Assembly: GCF_000420645.1 (NCBI RefSeq)
Contig: NZ_ATVI01000005.1
Coordinates: 448,357-480,356 of the forward strand
Length of the DNA stretch: 32,000 nucleotides
DNA from: Nevskia ramosa DSM 11499
Lineage (GTDB): Bacteria; Pseudomonadota; Gammaproteobacteria; Nevskiales; Nevskiaceae
Direction of reading: 5' to 3'
Below, piece after piece: positions 8,187 through 15,778 of this stretch. The first letter of the stretch is position 1. The number at the start of each line of letters is the position of its first letter. The notes under the pieces were generated by a model. It was given only the letters and a program-made list of their open reading frames with translations. It had not been told where the DNA came from and ran no database searches. Position numbers and translations under genes: made by a program.

Positions 8187-8574
8187 AGCGGACGGTCACG
8201 TTGCCGAAGCTGATCTTTCGGGAAATCCGCTTGCGCCCGGTGTTGAGCACGACTCCGGCCGGGATCTGGGTGGTGGCCTGGGCGTTGTAGCGCTGCGCCG
8301 CAAGTGACGGCCGGACCTGGACGCCGAGCTTTTTCAACGCCGCCGGTGCGAGTTCTTCCACCGGACGGACCGGGATGGGCTTGCCGGAGAGGGCGCTGGG
8401 CTTGGCGCGGGCATAGACACCCTTGCCAAGGCGAACGATGCGGCCATCCGCCTGCAAGGTCTTGATGGCGCGGCCGACCTGTTCATCGCTGCCGAGCTTG
8501 GCGAAGTCTGCGCGCACGAAGACATCGTCGCCGCGCAGGGCGATGGACCGCTTGAGGCGTTCGATGATGTTCAC
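8158..8574 (-). CDS. Short AbiEi-like winged-HTH protein, putative antitoxin of pair 2
   Basis: 138 aa with a GTG start (cac at 8572-8574). DDVFVRADFAKLGSDEQVGRAIKTLQADGRIVRLGKGVYAR resembles the AbiEi_4-type wHTH. It overlaps the AbiEii gene by 29 nt. It is much shorter than the pair-1 antitoxin (256 aa). Confidence 0.55.
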   Translation of the reverse strand: MNIIERLKRSIALRGDDVFVRADFAKLGSDEQVGRAIKTLQADGRIVRLGKGVYARAKPSALSGKPIPVRPVEELAPAALKKLGVQVRPSLAAQRYNAQATTQIPAGVVLNTGRKRISRKISFGNVTVRYENDFSRTR

Positions 8575-8659
8575 AGGCGGCGTTGTCTTCTGGAAATTTG
8601 TATTATAAATATCTGTCTTTGTTACAAAATAGTCAACAAAGAACCGTCATTGTCTTCGA
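8575..8659 (-). promoter_or_regulatory. AT-rich 85-nt intergenic region (brxC stop to abiEi-like start); candidate internal promoter/operator
   Basis: It is far lower in GC than its flanks. It holds the inverted repeat tctttgtt (8616-8623) / aacaaaga (8635-8642) and the direct repeat ttgtcttc (8583-8590 and 8650-8657). Confidence 0.35.
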
Positions 8660-11600
8660 TCATCTTATCTCGATTCGCTCGCCGCGCTCCAGCGCGGCAT
8701 GCAGCGCGCTGCGCAGCGTGGCGAGGAAGGCTTCGACCTCGGCTTCGGTGCTCAGCGCGGAACCGCTCGCCAGCTTCGCCACTTGCAGGATGTGCGGGCG
8801 TTTCAGCTCCGGCACTGGCTTGATGACTGCCGGCTCTGGCTCGTTCACCGACCGGGCAGGGGTGGTCGTATTCGGCTTGTAGGTCACCGCTTGCGCGGCG
8901 GCCGCTGCGGCCTTTGCGGCGGCTTCGGCGGCGGCTTTTTTGCGGGCGTCGAGCCAGTTGTGGATCAGGTCGATGGCTTCGTCGGCATGGCGCTCGGCGT
9001 CGTCCTTCGACAGGTAGATGTGGGCAACGCTGGCTTGCTGCTCGATGGTGGCCTTCAGCGTTTGCAGCGGGCGCAGGCAGCGGTTGGCCAGATCGGCATC
9101 GGCTTCGGCGGCGGTCAGCTCCTGCTGCACGCGGTCGATCTTGCCGGCGATGTAGTCCGTGCCTTGCTTGCGGGCGGCGGCGAGCAGTTCGTCGTTGGTC
9201 TTGCGGACGGTGGTGATCAGACCATCAACCTCCCGCAGCAGACCGTAGGGCGACGGCGCGGCCAGGATTTCCTGCATCCGGCTCAGTGCAGCCTTGGCTT
9301 CGGGCACCTGTTCGAGCTTGCCGGCGTTCGGCTTGAACTCTTGCAGCGCGGACTTGAGCTTGTCCCAAGTAGGCTTCTGGCTTTCGAAGAAGTTTTTCAG
9401 CTCGCCGTAGCTGTCGGCAGCGGCGAGCAGTTCGTTTCGGTTGGCCAGGAACAGTTCGATGGCGGCAAAGCTGTTGGCCGCAGCCAGCTGTTTGCGGGCG
9501 GCGATCAGGGTGTCGGTGATCGCCTTCGCACCGGGGTAGATGCCGCTGCTGACAAGCAGCTGCCAGCGGTCCAGCGACTGCTTCCAGGCTTCGAAGCGTT
9601 CGCGCAGAAATTCGTACAGCTTGTCTTCGCCATCCGGCCCGATGGTCTGGAACACGTCCTTCGCGAGCTGACGGGCCTTCTGCAGATCTGCCGAGGCCAC
9701 GGCCTTTCGTTTCTGTACGCGAAGGGTGCGCCAGCGGCTTTGGGTGACGATTTCTTCCCAGATGGCATTTGCTGCTAGCGGCTGGCTGTCCGCGCCTTTC
9801 ATCAGCGTCACTTCTCCGCGCATCACCAGTCGCACAACCAGCAAGACGGTTTCCCATTCCGGCCACCCGTAAGGGCGGCGGGCATAAATGCCTTCCGCGA
9901 GGTCGTGCAGCACTGGCGTGCGGGACAGGGCCTCCTGCGTCTCAAGGTGCTGCGCCACTTCCTTCATGGCACGAGGATTGGTTTCGGACGTCTGTTCGAG
10001 CCCGAGTCCAGTGGTTGGCGGCGCGCTCAGCAGCAGGCGGATTTCCTTCTGCGGATCGGCATTCAGGTGTTCGATGTAGCCGAGCTTGGAAAAGGTGTTG
10101 GCGACCAGATAGCCAAGCGCTTCGTCGAACATCGACGCCGCGTTGCTGGATTTCAGGCTCGGCTTCTGGCCCGCGACATACACATCTGCTTCCTTCAGCA
10201 GCTTGTCGAGGATGACTACGAGGCGCTTGCGTCGCTCGCGGTTCTCGTCGGCGCGGTGGCTCAGGATGGTCATCGTCGACGACGGTTGGGTGCCATCGCT
10301 CTTGCGGCTGATGTAACGATCAGTCTGCAGGTAAAGGCGCAGTTCGCGGGCCAGCGCGTCATCGTCCCGGAGGCGGATCAACACGCTGCCGTCGTTCGTA
10401 CTGCTATCGAGGATGCAGCGCGGCGGCGTGAGCTGCGCGCGGTCATCCGATAGCGGCGAAATGACCATCACGTTGAGATCGCCTTCGGTGCGGTTGCCAT
10501 GCGGATGCTGGTCGCAGGACAGGTTCAAACCGAAGTCCTTCTTGTTAGCCACATAACGGAACTTGCGCTTGTTGCCGAGCACTTCGTCGAAGATCAGCCG
10601 GGCGACTTCACGGGCTTCATCGGCGCTACTGAGGTCGACGTTTTTGATTTCCTTGCTGACGTCGCGCTCTTCGTTGGTCAGGAAGAAAAAGTCATCGCCA
10701 TTGCGGCCGACCAGATTCTGGTTTTCCAGCCGCTGTAGGCTAGCTTCCAGTTCTTGGCGCAGCGCGAGGCGATCTGCGTCTAGCTGGTCAATGAACAGGG
10801 TGATCAGGTTGTCGACCGATCCTTTCAGCTCATCGACGTAGCGGATCAAGAACAGCGTTTTCAGTACCAGTACGTCGAAGGATTTGAGGCTGGCGTTATC
10901 AGCGGCATGGTCGATGGTCGACTTCACGACACCTTCGAGAAAGCTCTCGATCGAAGGGTAGAAGCGGTATAGCGGAATCAACAAGCCGACCGACTGATCA
11001 GCAACGGCGACCGCTGCCGATTGGAAGGCATCGAGAAGCGAGCGTTCGCCACGAGCAAGGTGCAGGCCGGTGGCCCCTGCCTTGCGGATGCTTTCGAAAA
11101 TGCGCTGGACTAGCTGGAACTGGTAGGGAGCGAACGGGTAGACGGCGGCGAAGTTGTCTTCATCGGTGAAGCCCTTGAAGTTGCGGCCTGTGCTTCCGAA
11201 GCTGAGCTGGTTGCGAAGGATGTCCGCCTTGTCGCGGTAAATGCCGCGCAGCGTGGCGAGTACGTCATCCGGCTTGGCAAGCAGACGGGCTTGGATCACT
11301 TCATCGACGTTGGCGCTGGACAGCGACAGCCGCGTCTTGAAGCGGCCCTGAATCTTCGAGAAATCGTTGGCACTGCCGCCCCGCATGTCCTTGAGCACGT
11401 CGTCGATGTTTTCCTGCGAGGTGACCACTACCCAAGCGCGGCCGCCACAGACGGTGCCGAGATTTTCGGTGATGGTCTGCAGGCTGAGCATCAACTCGCT
11501 GTTCTTGCCGATGAATTGGCCGATCTCGTCGACCAGGAAGATCAGGCGGGCCTGCTTGCCCTTCTGATCGAGGTATTCCCGAACCCAGCCGGCAAAGTTT

Positions 11601-12331
11601 TCGACGGTGAGAGAGAAGCCGGTTTCGAAGCGCTGCATCCAGGCTTCTGCATCCGGGACGTCTTTCTTTAACGTGACCGATAAGGCTTTGCCGAGGGCAT
11701 CGAGGTGGAAGTTGTAGGCGTCGCGGCTGTCTTCCCAGGATTCGCCTGCTTCCAGTCGGAAGGCGTTGCGGAAGTTATCGTAGTCCTTCCTGCCGGCCAG
11801 ATAACGCTCCATGTGGGCGATGTGGGCGTGGTCGCCGCAGTAGCCCTGCATCTCGTTGAACACCTTCAGGAACACCCGAAGGATGGTGTCTCGGCCATCG
11901 GCGGCATCGGCCTTGCTGTCGATGTTGAAAAGCAGAACCTCGGCCCCGCCGCCGACGGCGCGCTTCAAGTCGCCGAACAGCATGGCGTCCTTGATCTTGT
12001 CTTCGAAGAAGCTGATGGCCTTGCGTTCGCCGCCCGCTGCGCTGACCGCTGCGCGGTTGCTAAGCAGGTAGGAAAGGATCTTCAAAAAGTGCGATTTGCC
12101 TGAGCCGAAGAAGCCGGAAATCCACACGCCCACCTTGCCGGAGGCCTCTTCCGGACGCTGCAGCGCCGACAGATAGGTTTCGAAAAAGCGACGCAGGTGC
12201 TGGTCCAGTTCACGTGTGATGACGTATTCGTCCAGTTCCTGCCAGACGGCGGCGGCATCGTTCTGATCTGCCTTGATGACACCGTTGATTGACCGGCGGA
12301 TAGGGCGGCTGAAAAGGGCTTCGATATTCAT
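8660..12331 (-). CDS. brxC: BREX ATPase BrxC (DUF499-type, PglY-like)
   Basis: 1223 aa. N-terminal Walker A context VWISGFFGSGKSHFLKILSYLL. Size and position after brxB fit. An Ala/Lys-rich linker lies near the C-terminus. Confidence 0.9.
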   Translation of the reverse strand: MNIEALFSRPIRRSINGVIKADQNDAAAVWQELDEYVITRELDQHLRRFFETYLSALQRPEEASGKVGVWISGFFGSGKSHFLKILSYLLSNRAAVSAAGGERKAISFFEDKIKDAMLFGDLKRAVGGGAEVLLFNIDSKADAADGRDTILRVFLKVFNEMQGYCGDHAHIAHMERYLAGRKDYDNFRNAFRLEAGESWEDSRDAYNFHLDALGKALSVTLKKDVPDAEAWMQRFETGFSLTVENFAGWVREYLDQKGKQARLIFLVDEIGQFIGKNSELMLSLQTITENLGTVCGGRAWVVVTSQENIDDVLKDMRGGSANDFSKIQGRFKTRLSLSSANVDEVIQARLLAKPDDVLATLRGIYRDKADILRNQLSFGSTGRNFKGFTDEDNFAAVYPFAPYQFQLVQRIFESIRKAGATGLHLARGERSLLDAFQSAAVAVADQSVGLLIPLYRFYPSIESFLEGVVKSTIDHAADNASLKSFDVLVLKTLFLIRYVDELKGSVDNLITLFIDQLDADRLALRQELEASLQRLENQNLVGRNGDDFFFLTNEERDVSKEIKNVDLSSADEAREVARLIFDEVLGNKRKFRYVANKKDFGLNLSCDQHPHGNRTEGDLNVMVISPLSDDRAQLTPPRCILDSSTNDGSVLIRLRDDDALARELRLYLQTDRYISRKSDGTQPSSTMTILSHRADENRERRKRLVVILDKLLKEADVYVAGQKPSLKSSNAASMFDEALGYLVANTFSKLGYIEHLNADPQKEIRLLLSAPPTTGLGLEQTSETNPRAMKEVAQHLETQEALSRTPVLHDLAEGIYARRPYGWPEWETVLLVVRLVMRGEVTLMKGADSQPLAANAIWEEIVTQSRWRTLRVQKRKAVASADLQKARQLAKDVFQTIGPDGEDKLYEFLRERFEAWKQSLDRWQLLVSSGIYPGAKAITDTLIAARKQLAAANSFAAIELFLANRNELLAAADSYGELKNFFESQKPTWDKLKSALQEFKPNAGKLEQVPEAKAALSRMQEILAAPSPYGLLREVDGLITTVRKTNDELLAAARKQGTDYIAGKIDRVQQELTAAEADADLANRCLRPLQTLKATIEQQASVAHIYLSKDDAERHADEAIDLIHNWLDARKKAAAEAAAKAAAAAAQAVTYKPNTTTPARSVNEPEPAVIKPVPELKRPHILQVAKLASGSALSTEAEVEAFLATLRSALHAALERGERIEIR

Positions 12332-12342
12332 GAGAATTTTCT

Positions 12343-12921
12343 TTATCCGACGAGGCGAAAGGCGCGGTAGTACGGGCTTTCGCCGAGTTCACCGAACAGG
12401 CGTAATGACTGGCCGTCGTAACGGCCGGGGTAGAACAGGACCAGGGGCGTCGCACCCATCAGCGGCTGGAGACTGTTCAGCAAGGTATGGGTGCGGATCA
12501 GCGGGTAGGCGCTGCCAACACCGGTCAGTAACAGCACATCGCAGCTGCTGGGCGGCTGGCGCTTCATCAACTCGGCAGCGACTTTGTCGGCACTCAGCGG
12601 TGCAAGCAGTGCTTTCAGCAGGGCGTCGTCGCCCTTCTTGCGCTGCATGTCGAGCGACTTTTCGTACAGGCCGCGCGCTTCGACCATGCCGATCAGCAGA
12701 TCCAGCAGATTGATACGCGCGACTCGTAGATCCGGCTTGCGCTTCGGGATCGCGTCAACCAGGAAGTCGACATGGGCTCGAACCTGTTCTTCTGCCTCTG
12801 GCGGGTAGTCGAAGGCGTAAAACGGGACTTCGTTGCCGAGGCCGCGCCCGGACAAGAATTCCGCCGATGTGATCCGATCCAAAATAGCGTTCAGTCGGAC
12901 TTCGAGCGTGGTCACGGACAT
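12343..12921 (-). CDS. brxB: BREX protein BrxB (DUF1788)
   Basis: The ORF track start at 12933 is a GTG. The first ATG at 12921 gives MSVTTLEVRLNAILDRI... VPFYAFDYPPEAEEQVR and the C-terminal SPYYRAFRLVG fit my recollection of DUF1788. It overlaps the brxA stop and lies 11 nt upstream of brxC. Confidence 0.8.
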   Translation of the reverse strand: MSVTTLEVRLNAILDRITSAEFLSGRGLGNEVPFYAFDYPPEAEEQVRAHVDFLVDAIPKRKPDLRVARINLLDLLIGMVEARGLYEKSLDMQRKKGDDALLKALLAPLSADKVAAELMKRQPPSSCDVLLLTGVGSAYPLIRTHTLLNSLQPLMGATPLVLFYPGRYDGQSLRLFGELGESPYYRAFRLVG

Positions 12922-13514
12922 ATCAGCAGGCACTCCAAAATTTGACGCTCGCCTGCGGCTTCGAGCAATTGACGGACAGCAGGTTCGATCGGGCGACGAC
13001 GCAGCGCGAGGTGTTTGGTATCGAGCACGAAGCCGGCTTCCTGCAGCATGCGCATGCCGTTCTGGCGGAGCTTTATGCGGGTCGACGCGTTGTAAGGCTC
13101 GATTTCCGGGTGCGCGCGCAGCTGCTGGTCGATGTAGTCATCCCAGGCGGTTGGCGCGAGCGCGGTTGAGAAACGACGGAACTCGTCGCGCAGAACATCA
13201 CGAAGAAATTGACCGAACAGTGGCGAGAACTTGACCGTGGCGGCAAGGGCGACGTCGGTGGCTTCGGCATGGCTGCCGTTGCGTGCCAGCTGCCACAAGG
13301 TCGTCGGCACGACCTGCAGCCGTGAGCGGGCAAGGGTGGCGTAGGTCACCGCTGTCAGGCGGGTTTTCTTCTGTAGGACGTTGTCGACTTCGATCGCCTG
13401 CTTCCAGTCCGCAGGCGAGATCCGATCCAGCAACAGCCCTGCCACGATCCGCGTTTCTGGAACGATCAGGGAGGCCTTGGTGAAGTTCGCCTTCATCGTG
13501 CGCGGAACGGCCAT
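12912..13514 (-). CDS. brxA: BREX protein BrxA (DUF1819)
   Basis: 200 aa and the first gene of the operon. The helical protein contains DNVLQKKTRLTAVTYATLARSRL...FLRDVLRDEF, which resembles BrxA. The call rests mainly on position, size and synteny. Confidence 0.7.
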   Translation of the reverse strand: MAVPRTMKANFTKASLIVPETRIVAGLLLDRISPADWKQAIEVDNVLQKKTRLTAVTYATLARSRLQVVPTTLWQLARNGSHAEATDVALAATVKFSPLFGQFLRDVLRDEFRRFSTALAPTAWDDYIDQQLRAHPEIEPYNASTRIKLRQNGMRMLQEAGFVLDTKHLALRRRPIEPAVRQLLEAAGERQILECLLICP

Positions 13515-14048
13515 TGCGGCGCCGCGTCCATGCCAGCGGCGGGCAATGCAAGGCAGCCCGCTGGCCTGCGGGGCAAGAAGAACTGAGCCATTACTCCCCG
13601 AATAAATTTTGTGGCCGATTAGCGGCTTTTCGTGAGTTTAGCCGTGCTTGTCGGCGCAGTGTTCCTGCTTGCCGGCTGTACGTGCTGATGACGGTTCTGA
13701 AGCGTGATCAAGCTCTCACGACGAGTCTGTAGCCTTCAGGAACGGAGCGGAAGTTAGGCGCGGGCATTGGGCGGCTGTTGACTCGGGTAGGCCAAAGTTC
13801 CGATTGCCTTGAAACAACTGTCGCAGTTTAGTGGTCTGCACCCCGAGCCAGGTACGGAAGGTTGGCTCTACATACCAACGACGGTACGCCTACCTCGGGG
13901 TACAGATGAAAAAGGAGACACCGGGTGGAAGTAAGGAGATTTTTGACGCCGCTGTATCCGCGACGCTGAATCTGACCTTCCCACAACCCAACGGGCCACC
14001 GTCGGGGCGGCGCCTCCCCCGCAGCATCTGGCCGGTGACGACAGAAGG

Positions 14049-14375
14049 TCAATCAGCCATCACTGATGCCATCAACGCTCGATAAGCAGCGCTTCCGGAT
14101 CGTCGACGCTCGGCTTTCGTCAGAAGCGCGCTCAGCAGACGTAGTGCATCGTCAGCAGCCTTCAAGCGCACGTCTTGGTCCGTAGGCTCCGACGCGACAT
14201 GCACCGCCCACAGACGGCCGAACGCCAGGTTGACCGACGCGCGCCAGCGCTCCGGGACGGCCCCTGCATTGTTGGCGTGGCGGCGGTGCTGCAATTGCTG
14301 CTCAGGTTGTGTGGCCTCGCCCATAAAGCACTGAAGCCGGTGGTTTCTCGATTGCATGAAGGATTTGCGACTCAT
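14049..14375 (-). CDS. Hypothetical small protein
   Basis: The ORF track 14049..14384 starts at a GTG; the first ATG is at 14375. I recognise no motif. The C-terminal half looks helical. Confidence 0.3.
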   Translation of the reverse strand: MSRKSFMQSRNHRLQCFMGEATQPEQQLQHRRHANNAGAVPERWRASVNLAFGRLWAVHVASEPTDQDVRLKAADDALRLLSALLTKAERRRSGSAAYRALMASVMAD

Positions 14376-14512
14376 CGTTCTCACCCGAATGGTTGCCGCT
14401 GGCGCTGACTCAGAAAAGCGCAGCCGACGGCCGCGCGATGCTGGCGCTCGCGAATTGGGGTTCTGGTGTGAAGCAATGACGCTACCCGGAACGGCCTGTT
14501 AGATGCCGGTCT

Positions 14513-14839
14513 TCAGCCGTCGATGACGAGCAAGTCGTGATTGAAGGTCTTGTGTATCACTCGAATATCCGCTCCGACCAGCGCCTTTATTTCCAGAGCG
14601 ATAAGCCGGCCCTCGGCATCCAGATAAACCGGGTCGAACTTTTCGGGCTCGTCAAGCCGAAGCCAGAAATGACGCTCCCAGTCGTCAATACGCTGTTCCA
14701 GCGCTTCCGGCCAGCCAAGCTCGTCCAGCCATATAGCAGCAAATGATTGATCCCAAATGCATGCGCCATAGTCAGCCATCAGGGTGATTTCGGTGATGGG
14801 GTCTGCATCCATGGCAGGAGAGGCTTGGGGCTCGATCAT
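14513..14839 (-). CDS. Hypothetical acidic Trp-rich protein (108 aa)
   Basis: The ORF reads like real coding sequence (ACIWDQSFAAIWLDELGWPEALEQRIDDWERHFWLRLDEPEKFDP). GC is lower than in neighbouring genes. No clear Shine-Dalgarno sequence and no family recognised. Confidence 0.45.
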   Translation of the reverse strand: MIEPQASPAMDADPITEITLMADYGACIWDQSFAAIWLDELGWPEALEQRIDDWERHFWLRLDEPEKFDPVYLDAEGRLIALEIKALVGADIRVIHKTFNHDLLVIDG

Positions 14840-15212
14840 CGAAATAGCTTACCCGGCATGCCGGTTCAGCAAGGCAGGGTCTTCATCGACGCTGCTCGAA
14901 GAAGTAAGAGACTTTGGGCTAACCACCGCCAGCGAACGGTATTGGTCCGACCCTCGTTCAGGTCGACGATCGGTAGCGACGAGAAATAGGCCGCGATAAA
15001 AAGGTCTAGGAAGGACGCCATACCTTCATCGTATTCCGGCCCTCTCAGGAACCGGCCCCCCAGTCGGCGAATTTTCTGGTGCTCTAGACGTTTTGAGTAT
15101 ATCGGCCGTCGAGTGCGGGTAGGTAGTGGCAAGGTTTCGCTTTAGACATCTTGTAAGTCGCCAATTTGATGCTGTCTAAACCATCGGTAGATCAGGGATT
15201 TGCGCTGATACC

Positions 15213-15494
15213 CTACGTCGGCCTTGATGGAAGCGGAGCCATTAGGAGCACGGTAATGGTCCGACCGTGCGCCGCAGCCGCACACGTAGGACACAGACCG
15301 TCCGTAGGCGTCATCCGATAGTGATGCCCCCGCTCCCAGCGCTCGCGTGTGATCCGGTGCTTTACAGCCGCTCGGCTAGTGCCGAAGCGGGCGGCCACGT
15401 CGTCAGCGTTGATTCTCCGACCGCCGCGTTCCCAATACAGCCGGGCTTCAAGCCAGATGTGCGCCGATAGGCGAGGGGTGTACGGCCGGCTCAC
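15213..15494 (-). CDS. Small putative HTH DNA-binding protein
   Basis: This is the C-terminal part of ORF 15213..15647, taken from the GTG at 15494, which overlaps the upstream TGA (GTGA). ARLYWERGGRRINADDVAARFGTSRAAVKHRITRERW looks like an HTH. Confidence 0.4.
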   Translation of the reverse strand: MSRPYTPRLSAHIWLEARLYWERGGRRINADDVAARFGTSRAAVKHRITRERWERGHHYRMTPTDGLCPTCAAAAHGRTITVLLMAPLPSRPT

Positions 15495-15778
15495 GCGGTG
15501 CCCTCGGACAATTTCAGCAGCAGACGGGCCGCAACTTCCGCGTTCGCGCGAGTCATGCCGCCGTCGTATTCCATGATGGCGGCACGCTCTTCGAATGCTT
15601 CGGATTGCGCTTCGCGCCGAAGCACTTCCGCCACCTCGTTCCTGCACGCCACCAACGCCGGCAGCATGCTTGTCAGCGCCGCTTTGGGTCCTTGGTAGCG
15701 CACACGCCCGGCTTCATGCCAGAGCCTGACGCCAACGGCCTGGGCTTCGCCGATCACTCCTTCCGCGTTCAAAGCCAA
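15491..15778 (-). CDS. Small hypothetical protein following the DUF3987 gene
   Basis: 95 aa with a TTG start that overlaps the DUF3987 stop by 10 nt. The ERAAIMEYDGGMTRANAE motif recurs, to my recollection, in small proteins of primase modules on mobile elements. Confidence 0.45.
   Translation of the reverse strand: MALNAEGVIGEAQAVGVRLWHEAGRVRYQGPKAALTSMLPALVACRNEVAEVLRREAQSEAFEERAAIMEYDGGMTRANAEVAARLLLKLSEGTA

Noticed and set aside
8890-8945. Tandem-looking gcggc/ggcggc repeats near the 3' end of brxC.
   Set aside because: They are in frame and encode an Ala/Lys-rich linker (KKAAAEAAAKAAAAAAQA). This is low-complexity coding sequence, not a repeat element or CRISPR-like array.
8699-9778. 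Long ORFs antisense to well-supported genes. Examples: + strand 8699-9778, 5722-6333, 6553-7329 and 23435-25687; minus strand 29872-31602 and 28391-29461; and the alternative-frame ORF 3644-4666 inside pglX.
   Set aside because: Their translations are Arg/Gly/Ala/Pro-rich and low in complexity, with no recognisable motifs. Each lies opposite or inside a gene with clear family signatures. Such open frames are expected in ~65% GC DNA.
14866-15132. 88-aa minus-strand ORF in the gap between the acidic 108-aa ORF and the small HTH ORF.
   Set aside because: No RBS, an odd composition and no recognisable motif. I cannot distinguish it from noise without expression or conservation data.
15141-15180. 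Inverted repeat tttagaca (15141-15148) / tgtctaaa (15173-15180) downstream of the small HTH ORF.
   Set aside because: It has only 8-bp AT-rich arms with a 24-nt spacer and no U tract. That is too weak to call a terminator or operator.
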